A DNA stretch of 63,809 bases, filler included, from Octopus bimaculoides (GCF_001194135.2; 6 parts of 5 records of this genome joined end to end with filler, not necessarily neighbours in it), one strand, 5' to 3'; shown: positions 13,105 to 25,700, counted from the first letter of the whole stretch. Notes: generated by a model from the letters alone, not told the origin. Numbers and translations are program-made.

Positions 13105-13204
13105 NNNNNNNNNNNNNNNNNNNNNNNNNNNNNNNNNNNNNNNNNNNNTTAATTAATTAANNNNNNNNNNNNNNNNNNNNNNNNNNNNNNNNNNNNNNNN
13201 NNNN
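13105..13204. other. Artificial scaffold-concatenation spacer 1
   Basis: 44 N + TTAATTAATTAA (13149-13160) + 44 N = 100 bp; stops in all six frames. Confidence 0.95.
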
Positions 13205-13258
<54 letters not shown>

Positions 13259-13266
13259 TGTGTGTG

Positions 13267-13556
13267 TGTAGCATTGTGGTTAGCGGTTTGCATTCACGAC
13301 CTTGAGCTCGTGCATTCGATTCTAGGACCAAACGACGCCCTGTGTTCTTGAGCAAGACATTTCATTTTCACGTTGCTCAATTGCATTCAGCTATAGTTGG
13401 TTAACCCCTGCAATGGACCCAGCGTTCCAGTCAGGGGAAATATTGGCTTGCTCACCTAACCAGCAAGGTGACATCATTCGAATGCTTAAAACGAGGCAAA
13501 GTGCATTGTGACCGGCGATGTGTAACAACAGTCTATAATCTGGTCGATCACATGAT
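13267..13556 (+). mobile_element. SINE with D-core and tail 4
   Basis: tRNA-like head, then core TGTGTTCTTGAGCAAGACATTTCATTTTCACGTTGCTC shared with 19740-19810, 22800-22860, 35620-35670 and 58580-58620. Confidence 0.7.
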
Positions 13557-13928
13557 ATATATATATATATGCTGTATATATATGTATGAATGTATGTATG
13601 TATTACGTACGTATGTATGTATGTGTATGCATGTATATATGTACGTACGTATGTATGTATGTATGTATGCATGTATGTATGTATGTATGTATGTGTGTAT
13701 GCATGTATTTATGTATGTATAACTGTCTGTATGTATGTNNNNNNNNNNATGTATGTATGTATGTATGTATGTGTGTATGCATGTATTTATGTATGTATAA
13801 CTGTCTGTATGTATGTATGTTTGCATGCATTATGTATGTATGTGTGTATGCATGATTATATGTATGCATGTATGTATGTACGTACGTACGTAGACAGTGA
13901 TGCAGATAAACAGGATATCTGAGTATGT

Positions 13929-13970
<42 letters not shown>

Positions 13971-14259
13971 ATACCTTTACAAAGAGAGTGGCGACAGTGA
14001 CTTCGAAATTTCCACCTCTAACCAAAACTTCGAAGTCACTATCTTTTAAAATGTATCGTGAATATGTACTTTACAAATAGTATTGATTAATCTTTCAGTT
14101 TAGTGTAAAATTGTTTTTATTATTACTCCTCATATAAGCAATAATTTGACATACATGCATACATACATACATACACACATACATACATACATACATACAT
14201 ACATAAATACATACATGTATATATGTACATACATACATTTATACGTATGCATATATATA
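13555..14259. repeat. (TATG)n, (TG)n and (TACA)n microsatellites
   Basis: Direct inspection. Confidence 0.9.
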
Positions 14260-14791
14260 NNNNNNNNNNNNNNNNNNNNNNNNNNNNNNNNNNNNNNNNN
14301 NNNNNNNNNNNNNNNNNNNNNNNNNNNNNNNNNNNNNNNNNNNNNNNNNNNNNNNNNNNNNNNNNNNNNNNNNNNNNNNNNNNNNNNNNNNNNNNNNNNN
14401 NNNNNNNNNNNNNNNNNNNNNNNNNNNNNNNNNNNNNNNNNNNNNNNNNNNNNNNNNNNNNNNNNNNNNNNNNNNNNNNNNNNNNNNNNNNNNNNNNNNN
14501 NNNNNNNNNNNNNNNNNNNNNNNNNNNNNNNNNNNNNNNNNNNNNNNNNNNNNNNNNNNNNNNNNNNNNNNNNNNNNNNNNNNNNNNNNNNNNNNNNNNN
14601 NNNNNNNNNNNNNNNNNNNNNNNNNNNNNNNNNNNNNNNNNNNNNNNNNNNNNNNNNNNNNNNNNNNNNNNNNNNNNNNNNNNNNNNNNNNNNNNNNNNN
14701 NNNNNNNNNNNNNNNNNNNNNNNNNNNNNNNNNNNNNNNNNNNNNNNNNNNNNNNNNNNNNNNNNNNNNNNNNNNNNNNNNNNNNNNNNNN

Positions 14792-14865
<74 letters not shown>

Positions 14866-15261
14866 GTGTGTTTGTCAGTTAGAATTGGTCAGAAATCAAT
14901 ATCTAGTTTCGTCCTTTCTAGAATTATCTCTGGCTTTGAAATATATCATCTCCGTGTCAAAGACGTCGGTGCCAGTAAATTAATGGAAGTCGATTCCATC
15001 AACTATGCAGCCTTTCGTGCAGAAATTATACCTTGTCTTTGACAAAAGAAATCGATATTTTATTTTTATAGTGTGGGGAGCCCTTTAAGTCGAGTTGCTT
15101 GCTCTCGAAAAAATGTGTTCGCCATATGGTTTCAAATCTCTGTGGAAATGAATTCACATCACTGATCATGTTAATTCCTTGGGTGAAATATCTGGACCGT
15201 GTAAAATGTCGGTGTGGAATGAATGTCATAATGAAGTTTAGTGTATTCGTTCTGGTCAAAT

Positions 15262-15368
15262 TGTAGCGGTTTAGTGGTTAAGAGCACGGGCTACTAACCC
15301 CAAGATTCCCAGTTCGATTCCAGGCAGTGACTTGAATAATAATAATGACAACAACATCGAAAAATACG
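15262..15368 (+). mobile_element. Short tRNA-derived SINE head with (AAT)n
   Basis: TAGTGGTTAAG A-box and AGTTCGATTCC B-box at tRNA-like spacing, followed by AAT repeats rather than an acceptor stem. Confidence 0.6.
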
Positions 15369-15425
15369 TAACACAGAAAAATAAGTAACGCCACCAATTA
15401 AATTCAGATCTAAATAGCTATTTTT

Positions 15426-15608
15426 AGGCGCAGGAGTGGCTGTGTGGTAAGTAGCTTGCTTACCAACCACATGATTCCGGGTTCAGTCCCACTGCGTGGC
15501 ATCTTGGGCAAGTGTCTTCAACTATAGCTTCGGGCCGACCAAAGCCTTGGGAGTGGATTTGGTAGTCGGAAACTGAAAGAAGCCCGTCGTATATATGTAT
15601 ATATATAT
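15426..15608 (+). mobile_element. SINE family A 5' half, running into (TA)n and a gap
   Basis: Matches the reverse complement of 6985-7152. Confidence 0.9.
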
Positions 15609-16282
15609 NNNNNNNNNNNNNNNNNNNNNNNNNNNNNNNNNNNNNNNNNNNNNNNNNNNNNNNNNNNNNNNNNNNNNNNNNNNNNNNNNNNNNNNNNNNN
15701 NNNNNNNNNNNNNNNNNNNNNNNNNNNNNNNNNNNNNNNNNNNNNNNNNNNNNNNNNNNNNNNNNNNNNNNNNNNNNNNNNNNNNNNNNNNNNNNNNNNN
15801 NNNNNNNNNNNNNNNNNNNNNNNNNNNNNNNNNNNNNNNNNNNNNNNNNNNNNNNNNNNNNNNNNNNNNNNNNNNNNNNNNNNNNNNNNNNNNNNNNNNN
15901 NNNNNNNNNNNNNNNNNNNNNNNNNNNNNNNNNNNNNNNNNNNNNNNNNNNNNNNNNNNNNNNNNNNNNNNNNNNNNNNNNNNNNNNNNNNNNNNNNNNN
16001 NNNNNNNNNNNNNNNNNNNNNNNNNNNNNNNNNNNNNNNNNNNNNNNNNNNNNNNNNNNNNNNNNNNNNNNNNNNNNNNNNNNNNNNNNNNNNNNNNNNN
16101 NNNNNNNNNNNNNNNNNNNNNNNNNNNNNNNNNNNNNNNNNNNNNNNNNNNNNNNNNNNNNNNNNNNNNNNNNNNNNNNNNNNNNNNNNNNNNNNNNNNN
16201 NNNNNNNNNNNNNNNNNNNNNNNNNNNNNNNNNNNNNNNNNNNNNNNNNNNNNNNNNNNNNNNNNNNNNNNNNNNNNNNNNN

Positions 16283-16346
<64 letters not shown>

Positions 16347-17828
16347 CAGATGAATAATAACAAACGATGGATAATTGTCAGCTCATTATAACTGTTTCTT
16401 ACTCATTTTTTTAAAATAGAAGAATGAGAACATTACTTCATTGCAAAAAACCGTAATCATCAGATGAAACATAATTTCAAAAACAAAAGAATGTCCCAAG
16501 AATACAGCTGGGACGTGGTTGAAGTTTGTCGAGGATTACCGTGAAACTCAAGTGGCCAGGGACACATAACCTCTCTACAACTGGAAGGAGGAAAACGTCA
16601 TGCTCATGACTCTTCAGGTAGGGTTTCAGACAAGACAACCCTAATGAGGGACTTTACTGTGAGAAGAGAGATAGGTATTGTCCAAACGAAGGTTTTGAGA
16701 GAGTCTTTGCTCAGCTTCAGCCACAAGACCTTTCAATGTCCTTTATATCATTTGAATTCATACAGACGAACACGTAAATTAAAAACACAAAAAGACATTT
16801 CCTTTTAGTTCGCCGTGTATAGACAAAGTGAAGGAGAAACAGGCCACATCTTTTTAGTAAATAAATTCATAAGCTGCTTTTTCATTGGTTGAAATAACAA
16901 GAATTCCTTAAGTTATACTGATTTGACTAAATGAAACGGATGTTAGCCACGACTCTAGTGGGATTCCAACTCTGGACGCATGTTCCAGAATATTTTAAAA
17001 TGTAATAAAAGCAAGACGCTAAAAAAATGATTTTTCGTTTTTCAAAACAGAAATTGAACGAAGGGTTGTTGGATAACTATTACTGCTGTTCGTTTGTTTG
17101 AACAATCTTACAGCAATAGAATACTTACTGGTTTAGTGGATAGGAGTTGTGTGGATTTGGCTATAACTTCGAGTAGTTCTCTATACTTATCACATGTTTG
17201 TAAATTGTGCCATCAATTTAAACAATATGTTGAGAGAGTGAGAGACGCAGAGAGTGAGAGAGAGGGACGCGGAGAGAGTTACAGAGAGGGGGTATACAGA
17301 GAGTTAGAGAGAGAGAGAGAAATTGAGATAACTCCCGTTTGGAAGCTTAATACGGTGTTCACAACACGAAAAGTCAATAGTGACCGAATTACAGAGTTAG
17401 CTTAAAGGAAGAAGACGGACGGGGCGTTATAAAACAAACCCAAAACAATGGTGAGTAGGATTTAAGCGGAAAATAAAACAGAATCTATTAGCTTAGTGAG
17501 GTTGTAGCGAAAGAGGGTATTAAATCAGAGATAGAATTTGTAGACGGAAAACTCGAAGCTTGTAAGGATATGTCACGTTATGACCTGACATGTTAGTAGT
17601 TAAAATGGCTGTCAAGTAATTGTTTAACGAAAGTTGCGCTGTTGTTTTTAAAGCACCTGTGAGAGCCATAAAACTACGAACATCATTCGATGGGCACTGG
17701 TGGCAAATGTACAAGCTGAACAACAAAGCCAGAATTGTGGGGATATTATCTTTGACAGACCAGAAGTAGCGTGTAATATTCGTTCCTGTGTGTCAATGGT
17801 TCTCAACCGGAGTCCGTATGGCTCTTGG

Positions 17829-18520
17829 GGGAGAATGACGATCATTGATGTAGAGGTACTTGAGAGAAGTTACACTAGGAGTGTAGAATCGATCATTCTA
17901 CAAAGTCGTTTGAGGTAGGGGTGGACATCTGGTGAGATGAATGGTAAAAGATTTCCTGAGCAACCTTTGTATGGTGAGCTGAAAGATCGTAAAAAGCCAT
18001 CACATAAACCCAAAATGAGGTTGAAAGACTGCTTTAAAACTACTTTGACATAAATAGGAATTTCAGATGTTGATTGGAAGAGAGAAGCACGTGACCGAAA
18101 GAGATGGAGGAAAAGAGAGCACAGTGGTTGTTTGAAGTTTGAAAGAGAGAGAATGAAGCACGAGAAGATCAGAAGGAAGCTTAGAAAAAACGAATCAGTA
18201 GAAAATGAAGGAGTATTGATTTTTACGTGTGTGATTTATAGGGGGGCAAAGCTTAAGTGACGCAAGCCTGGTCAGCCATCAAAGAAATTACGGAAATCGA
18301 CCCCTTTGTAAATTATGATATTGCCATTGCTGACAACAGAGCATACGCAACCAGTGGAAAGGTGTGCCGTTCAGTTGAAGGGTTAAAAGGACATGTCAAA
18401 AGACTTCTTACTATGCCATCTGTTCCTTCTGCAAGCAAACTCAGCTCTGCATTATGTAATAAGATGTGAAAATCTTTGGCGCGGTTCAAGAATCATATAA
18501 GGGCGTCACATTGCAGTATC
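17829..18520 (+). mobile_element. 5'-truncated RTE (BovB-like) LINE ORF2 C-terminus with zinc-finger-like motifs
   Basis: SVESIILQSRLR*..GHLVR..KRFPEQPLYGEL..KPKMRLKDCFK..ARDRKRWRK, the typical RTE post-RT signature. Confidence 0.85.
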
Positions 18521-19574
18521 AATGACTCATTTCAATGATTCTTTGTAGCAATGGCTTTGCTCGTATACGAGAAAGCACCACTATATATATATATATATAT
18601 ACATACACGTACACACACGCACACACACACATACATACATATATAAATAAATAAATAAATATATATATATATATATATATANNNNNNNNNNNNNNNNNNN
18701 NNNNNNNNNNNNNNNNNNNNNNNNNNNNNNNNNNNNNNNNNNNNNNNNNNNNNNNNNNNNNNNNNNNNNNNNNNNNNNNNNNNNNNNNNNNNNNNNNNNN
18801 NNNNNNNNNNNNNNNNNNNNNNNNNNNNNNNNNNNNNNNNNNNNNNNNNNNNNNNNNNNNNNNNNNNNNNNNNNNNNNNNNNNNNNNNNNNNNNNNNNNN
18901 NNNNNNNNNNNNNNNNNNNNNNNNNNNNNNNNNNNNNNNNNNNNNNNNNNNNNNNNNNNNNNNNNNNNNNNNNNNNNNNNNNNNNNNNNNNNNNNNNNNN
19001 NNNNNNNNNNNNNNNNNNNNNNNNNNNNNNNNNNNNNNNNNNNNNNNNNNNNNNNNNNNNNNNNNNNNNNNNNNNNNNNNNNNNNNNNNNNNNNNNNNNN
19101 NNNNNNNNNNNNNNNNNNNNNNNNNNNNNNNNNNNNNNNNNNNNNNNNNNNNNNNNNNNNNNNNNNNNNNNNNNNNNNNNNNNNNNNNNNNNNNNNNNNN
19201 NNNNNNNNNNNNNNNNNNNNNNNNNNNNNNNNNNNNNNNNNNNNNNNNNNNNNNNNNNNNNNNNNNNNNNNNNNNNNNNNNNNNNNNNNNNNNNNNNNNN
19301 NNNNNNNNNNNNNNNNNNNNNNNNNNNNNNNNNNNNNNNNNNNNNNNNNNNNNNNNNNNNNNNNNNNNNNNNNNNNNNNNNNNNNNNNNNNNNNNNNNNN
19401 NNNNNNNNNNNNNNNNNNNNNNNNNNNNNNNNNNNNNNNNNNNNNNNNNNNNNNNNNNNNNNNNNNNNNNNNNNNNNNNNNNNNNNNNNNNNNNNNNNNN
19501 NNNNNNNNNNNNNNNNNNNNNNNNNNNNNNNNNNNNNNNNNNNNNNNNNNNNNNNNATATATATATATATACAC

Positions 19575-19834
19575 ACGATGACGAGGGTTCCAGTGGATCT
19601 GATCAAAGTAACAGCCTGCTCGTGAAATTAACGTGCAAGTGGCTGAGCATTCCACAGACACGTTTACCCTTAACGTAGTTCTCAGGGAGATTCAGCGTGA
19701 CACAGAGTGTGACAAGGCTGGTCCTTTGAAATACAGGTACAAGCTCATTTTTGCCAGCTGAGTGGACTGGAGCACCGTGAAATAATAAAGTGTCTTGCTC
19801 AAGGACACAACGCGTCGCCGAATACCCTAACCAC
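19575..19834 (-). mobile_element. SINE with D-core and tail 1
   Basis: Tail as in 9100-9250; core as in 13340-13390. Confidence 0.85.
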
Positions 19835-20135
19835 GACGGGCTTCTTTCAGTTTCCGTCTCCCAAATGCATGTGTACGTATGTATGTATATATGCATGTAT
19901 GTATGTATGTATGTATGCATGCATGCATGTATGTATGTATGTATGTATGTATGTATATGTATATATATATGTATGTGTGTATATATGTATATATACATCC
20001 CAAATGCATTCACAAGGCTTAGGTCGATCCGAGGCAATAGCAGAAGACACTTGCCCGAGGTGCCACGCAATGGCACTGAACCTGGAACTATGTCGCTGGG
20101 AAGCACGCTTCTTACCACACAGCCACGCCTGCACC
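19835..20135 (-). mobile_element. SINE family A 5' half interrupted by a TSD-flanked microsatellite
   Basis: Matches SINE A; TCCCAAATGCAT is duplicated at 19859-19870 and 19998-20009. Confidence 0.85.
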
Positions 20136-20399
20136 TAAGGAATTCTTTTTCTTTGTGGTATTTCTTATTCAATTTTAAGATTGATACAAACTCCATTAGC
20201 GAACTTACTACATTAACGAATTAGTCAATGTTCACCTGTTTTTGTTTGCTTCTTGCCTTCCTGTTTGTTTGTTTGTTTGTTTGTTTGTTTTTTTTGTTTG
20301 TTTTTTTAAATTTCCTTTCCTATATTTATCTATGGCTTTTGAAAGTCTTTTTTTTTTTGCATCACCAGATCTCTTTGTTGTATGTCTATCTATGGTCTG

Positions 20400-20430
20400 G
20401 TCTCTCTCTCTCTCTTTCTNNNNNNNNNNN

Positions 20431-20489
<59 letters not shown>

Positions 20490-20895
20490 CCTCTTTCTTT
20501 CTTCATCACTCTCTGTCTTATAATTCCTTAACGTTGCTCTTTGAAATTTTCAATCAATACGAGGTTACTTGAACTTTTAAAAATGTCTGTATTCCAATTT
20601 AAAGAAATATATATCAACCGCCGAAATTTTCGTTGTTTGTGCAAGTCGATTTCTCTCATTTTTGTTGTTGCTTTCAAAACATTCTTACCGCATAACATTC
20701 TGTTAGCGCCTTCTTTCATATTAATTTTACTAATGTCTTTTCTTCAATCTGCATATTCTTCGTGTATGTACCTGTGTGTCTGTGCGTGTGTATATATATA
20801 CATCTGTGTGTGTGTCTTTATGTGTGTGTGTGAATATATGTATATGTGTATATCCATATAGATATATACGCACACACATATATATACACATACAT

Positions 20896-20942
<47 letters not shown>

Positions 20943-21023
20943 CTCATAGACGTACACACACATGTATACATACACACACATATACATATAAATACATACA
21001 TACACGCATAATACATACATATA

Positions 21024-21058
<35 letters not shown>

Positions 21059-21197
21059 TATACATATATATATCCATATATATATTTATATATATACATA
21101 CAAATAGATATATATATACATATATATACATTTGTATATATATATATATATATATATACATACATATATATATATATATGCATATAGATACATATAT

Positions 21198-21240
<43 letters not shown>

Positions 21241-21604
21241 AATAAATAAATAAAATAAATAAATAAATACACATACATACATATATATATACACATATAT
21301 ACATATATACACATACATACATATATATACATATACATACATACACACATACATACATACACACACATGCATACATACATAAATACATACATACATGCAT
21401 GCATACATCCATCCATCTCTAATTATTCGTTTTTCGATTTTATTCCATTTTTTTGATGATTCTTATTTAATTGTTATTGTTGTTTGAAACTAATTTCTAT
21501 CAATTTAATATTTTTTTTCTTTCGTATTTGTTATTGTTAAAATGTTGTAACTGCGGTTGTTTCTTTTTTCCTTTTTTCTTGTTGATCTGTGGTGGCGTCA
21601 CTGG

Positions 21605-21646
<42 letters not shown>

Positions 21647-21773
21647 NNNNNNNNNNTCTGTGCGTGTGTATATATATACATCTGTGTGTGTGTCTTTATG
21701 TGTGTGTGTGAATATATGTATATGTGTATATCCATATAGATATATACGCACACACATATATATACACATACAT

Positions 21774-21820
<47 letters not shown>

Positions 21821-21901
21821 CTCATAGACGTACACACACATGTATACATACACACACATATACATATAAATACATACATACACGCATAATACATACATAT
21901 A

Positions 21902-21936
<35 letters not shown>

Positions 21937-21943
21937 TATACAT
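20400..21943. repeat. (CT)n, compound (TA)/(CA)/(TACA)n and (GTA)n microsatellites; 21657-21943 duplicates 20779-21065
   Basis: Direct inspection. Confidence 0.9.
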
Positions 21944-22043
21944 NNNNNNNNNNNNNNNNNNNNNNNNNNNNNNNNNNNNNNNNNNNNTTAATTAATTAAN
22001 NNNNNNNNNNNNNNNNNNNNNNNNNNNNNNNNNNNNNNNNNNN
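21944..22043. other. Artificial scaffold-concatenation spacer 2
   Basis: 44 N + TTAATTAATTAA (21988-21999) + 44 N. Confidence 0.95.
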
Positions 22044-22314
22044 ATTAAAAAAGACTAATGAAGTCTATATAAATATTCTCCGTAGACGTTAATTTGCGGG
22101 AATGTTGCCCTATTTTGTATATATATATATATGTATGTATGTATGCATATGTATGTATGTATGTATGTATGTATTATGTATGTATATATAGGGGCTCTGA
22201 AATTAGACGTAATGTCTCCCCCCGAGATGCAGTTGGCAGGAAACAAGTGGAATCTTTGGCTAACAAATATATCGATTTTTCACTTATATAAAGTTGTAGG
22301 CTGGTGAAATATTG

Positions 22315-22347
<33 letters not shown>

Positions 22348-22454
22348 AGCACGTTTGCGTGTTGCTGTTTAGTGCCAAGCACATGATTTAAGGCTTTGTA
22401 GTCGTTATCTTCTTGGTTTATGTTTGAGTTTAGTGAATCGTCTGGTTTGGACGT

Positions 22455-22725
22455 TCTCCTCACATTCGCGAAATCGTAGGTTCGATTTCCGGACCGGGCT
22501 GTGTTTTATGATCTTGAACAAAACACTTCATCTTACGTGGCTCTGTGATCACTCCGGTATATGACGCATGGTACACTTGCGCACCTGTTCAGGCAACGTC
22601 TATTTGACGGAGGGACTGAGCTGATGTACAACACATGAATTTAATGTGCACAAACAAATCATTTGTGCACGTTTGTTCAGCAAGAAATTGCAGTACCATC
22701 TTTCTCGGATGACGAGAGCCTACCA
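22455..22725 (+). mobile_element. SINE with D-like core and tail 5
   Basis: B-box GGTTCGATTTCC; tail is homologous to the reverse complement of 23101-23330. Confidence 0.7.
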
Positions 22726-22729
22726 GGTG

Positions 22730-23070
22730 CATGGCCCAGGGGTTAGTGAGTCGGGTTCACAATCGTGAGGTAGTGAGTTCGATTCCCGGATCGGGCTGTG
22801 TGCTGTGTTCTTATGTAAGTTACTTTATTTTACGTTGCTCCAGTTCACTCAGTTGCAGAAATGAGTTGCGACGTCACTGATGCCAAGCTGTATCAGCCTT
22901 TGCCTTTTCCTTTGGAAAACATTTGTGACATGGAGAGAGGAGGCCTGTATGCATGGGCGACTACTGATCTTCCACAAACAACCTTGCCCGGACTTGTGCC
23001 TCGGAGGGTGACTTTCGAGGTGCAATCCCATGGTCATTCATGACCGAAGGGGGTCTTTACCCTTTATTCT
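22730..23070 (+). mobile_element. SINE with D-core and tail 3
   Basis: Head GGCCCAGGGGTTAG...GAGTTCGATTCCC; core TTTACGTTGCTCCAGTTCACTCAG. Confidence 0.75.
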
Positions 23071-23100
23071 GTAAACACCGCAATATTAATTAATGGCAGT

Positions 23101-23330
23101 CTCTTGAGTTCGAGAAAGACGGGTCTACAATTTCTTGCTGAATAACCTGTAAAGATGACTCGTTTACTGTGATCAAATGTTTGTGCAGTATATTAACTCC
23201 CTCTCTTTCAATGAAATCGACATTGCTTGTGCAGGTGCAAAGTGTACCACAAGTCAGATGTCGAACAACGTGAGATGAAGTGTTTTGCTCAAGAACTCAA
23301 CGCACCGCCCGGTCGGTGAATTGAACGCAC
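23101..23330 (-). mobile_element. SINE with tail 5, inverted relative to 22455-22725
   Basis: Shared TTCAGCAAGAAATTG and CAA(C/T)GTC(T/G)ATTT blocks. Confidence 0.65.
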
Positions 23331-23574
23331 CTCCACAAAGGTATTTAATGTTTAAATCGGTAGCATGCTACCGCTTTCGCGATTTAGTGTCACGATGTCA
23401 TATCAAACACGCACACACACACACACACATCCACACACGCACATACGAGTCTGCTTGCGTAATCTCTGAAGGAAGTACGAAAAGAATGCTACACAGCAAC
23501 TTGACACGTTGCGTCTTCTCCCAACATGAAACAATCCCTCCGCCACCGGTCAAAACAAAACAAAACAAAACACC

Positions 23575-23618
<44 letters not shown>

Positions 23619-24309
23619 TAATAATAGAGGAATGTTAAAATATACTTTACACACCAGATTGAAAGAAACTAAGTGAAATGATGTCCAATTTTCAGATCAA
23701 ATAACATGTTTCTTGATATTTAATTCGTTGTCGTCTTTAAACGACTTCAATGTTTGCTTTCAATGATGTGTTGAAGAAATACGTCTGTTTACATTCTCAG
23801 AAGGAATCTCATCGAACAGAATATTTGTCCAGATGCCTCTTCACTAGATTTGGCGGTTACTCCATGATGTCTTGATTTCATTTTGGTTTTACATCGTATG
23901 TATTTGAGTTTGTGTTTGTTGGTTTGTTGGTTTGTTTGTACGTTCATTTTCTTCTTTTTTTTTTTTTTACTCTATCCTATATCATAAGTTAACAGGAAAG
24001 AACATGACAATAAACTGAATTAATTTATTTAAATATTAGGATAAAAAAAGAAATGAAACCGAAAACAAAAGCAAAGAGATCGTTGATAGTCAAACGTAGT
24101 TCGTAAACGAGACTATGCTCGTAACTACATTAATCTAACACTCTAAAGTAGAAAAGTTTCCGTAAGAAACTTCCGGTGATTGCTATTATCCAAGCACTGT
24201 TTCGAATTTACTGGAAGAATGAGAAATTCTAATATCGACTTCCTCCAAGTATTAATGGTCTAACCATTAATACGAAATAGAATTAATTGGGTTACTTTTT
24301 ACTTCGTTT

Positions 24310-24640
24310 TAGTCATCCGGAGCATCACCTTGAAGACTCGTTTAGTCAACTTACTTATTTTCAAAGCCTGGTACTTAGTCTATCGGTTTCTTTTGCCGAA
24401 CCACTAAGTCACAGGGACGTAAACACACTAACAGCGGTTGTCAAGCAGTGGTGAGGCAAGCACAAACTCAAAGGCGCTCGCACGCGCGCACACACACACA
24501 AACACTCATATGACTGGCTCCTTTTAGTTTCCGTCTACCAAAACTACTCACAAGGCTTTGGTAGAAAACACCTGCCCAAGGTACCACGTAGTGAGATTGA
24601 ATCAGGATTCATGTGCTTGGGAAGCAAACTTCTAATGCGT
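24310..24640 (-). mobile_element. SINE family A, degenerate copy
   Basis: Colinear with 6668-7152. Confidence 0.8.
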
Positions 24641-24844
24641 TAAATTTTCTAACTTAATCGATCCGACTGTTATCGGGACATTGACGATCGGTTAACTGAC
24701 TTTCACTGATTAAAGGTATCCGTTGTCCCTCAATGGGTGGTCGGTGATCGGCCCTCTTCTGTTACAGACATAAACCGTTCGCCAAGAGGTACGCAACGGA
24801 AATACTGGCAGAAACAAGTTGTTGAGGGAACCTCCAAGTAATTA

Positions 24845-24911
24845 CTTGATATACCGACCAATGTTTTGTGAGTGGCTTTTGTAGATAGAAACTGTTTGGA
24901 AGCCCATCGTG

Positions 24912-24943
<32 letters not shown>

Positions 24944-25033
24944 TGTATGTACGTATGTATGTACGTATGTATGTATACATATATATCTGTGTGTGTTTGT
25001 GTGTTTGTCCACTAAAACCACCGCCGTCTCCGC

Positions 25034-25066
<33 letters not shown>

Positions 25067-25069
25067 CTC
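24845..25069 (+). repeat. SINE A fragment with (TATG)n followed by a (CCG)n-like tract
   Basis: Direct inspection. Confidence 0.7.
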
Positions 25070-25439
25070 NNNNNNNNNNNNNNNNNNNNNNNNNNNNNNN
25101 NNNNNNNNNNNNNNNNNNNNNNNNNNNNNNNNNNNNNNNNNNNNNNNNNNNNNNNNNNNNNNNNNNNNNNNNNNNNNNNNNNNNNNNNNNNNNNNNNNNN
25201 NNNNNNNNNNNNNNNNNNNNNNNNNNNNNNNNNNNNNNNNNNNNNNNNNNNNNNNNNNNNNNNNNNNNNNNNNNNNNNNNNNNNNNNNNNNNNNNNNNNN
25301 NNNNNNNNNNNNNNNNNNNNNNNNNNNNNNNNNNNNNNNNNNNNNNNNNNNNNNNNNNNNNNNNNNNNNNNNNNNNNNNNNNNNNNNNNNNNNNNNNNNN
25401 NNNNNNNNNNNNNNNNNNNNNNNNNNNNNNNNNNNNNNC

Positions 25440-25700
25440 TTTAAAAGTACAGGTAGGGGTGATCCTCTGTCTAGTGGCTATTGCGAAATACGTTGTATGG
25501 TAGACGAAGCCGAAAGAATTGAGGTCAACTCCTCATCAATTCGACTTGGAAAGGAAAATGAGGCTGGAGAGGGAAGTACTTCTCTTCAGTGAATTTGTAA
25601 AAACGGTGACCGTGGAAAAACGGTTTTGGTGAACGGACCTACTCTAAGCATGCCCCTGTAGATGAGAGAGCAACAGTTGGGTAAGGGTTCGTAGTTTTAG
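25440..25700 (+). mobile_element. L1/Tx1-like LINE ORF2 3' end fragment
   Basis: GAAAGGAAAATGAGGCTGGAGAGGGAAGTACT (RKMRLEREVL) resembles the Tx1-type ORF2 C-terminus, from recall. Confidence 0.5.

Noticed and set aside
13149-13160. TTAATTAATTAA as a homeodomain or PacI-type biological motif
   Set aside because: It is always centred in exactly 44+44 N; a synthetic linker.
14870-17110. Exon-like blocks at about 14875-15040 and 16490-16620
   Set aside because: No consistent phase chain or recognisable homology.
21657-21943. Apparent 287-bp segmental duplication of 20779-21065
   Set aside because: It is an exact copy directly after a 10-N gap at a scaffold end, typical of unmerged contig overlap.
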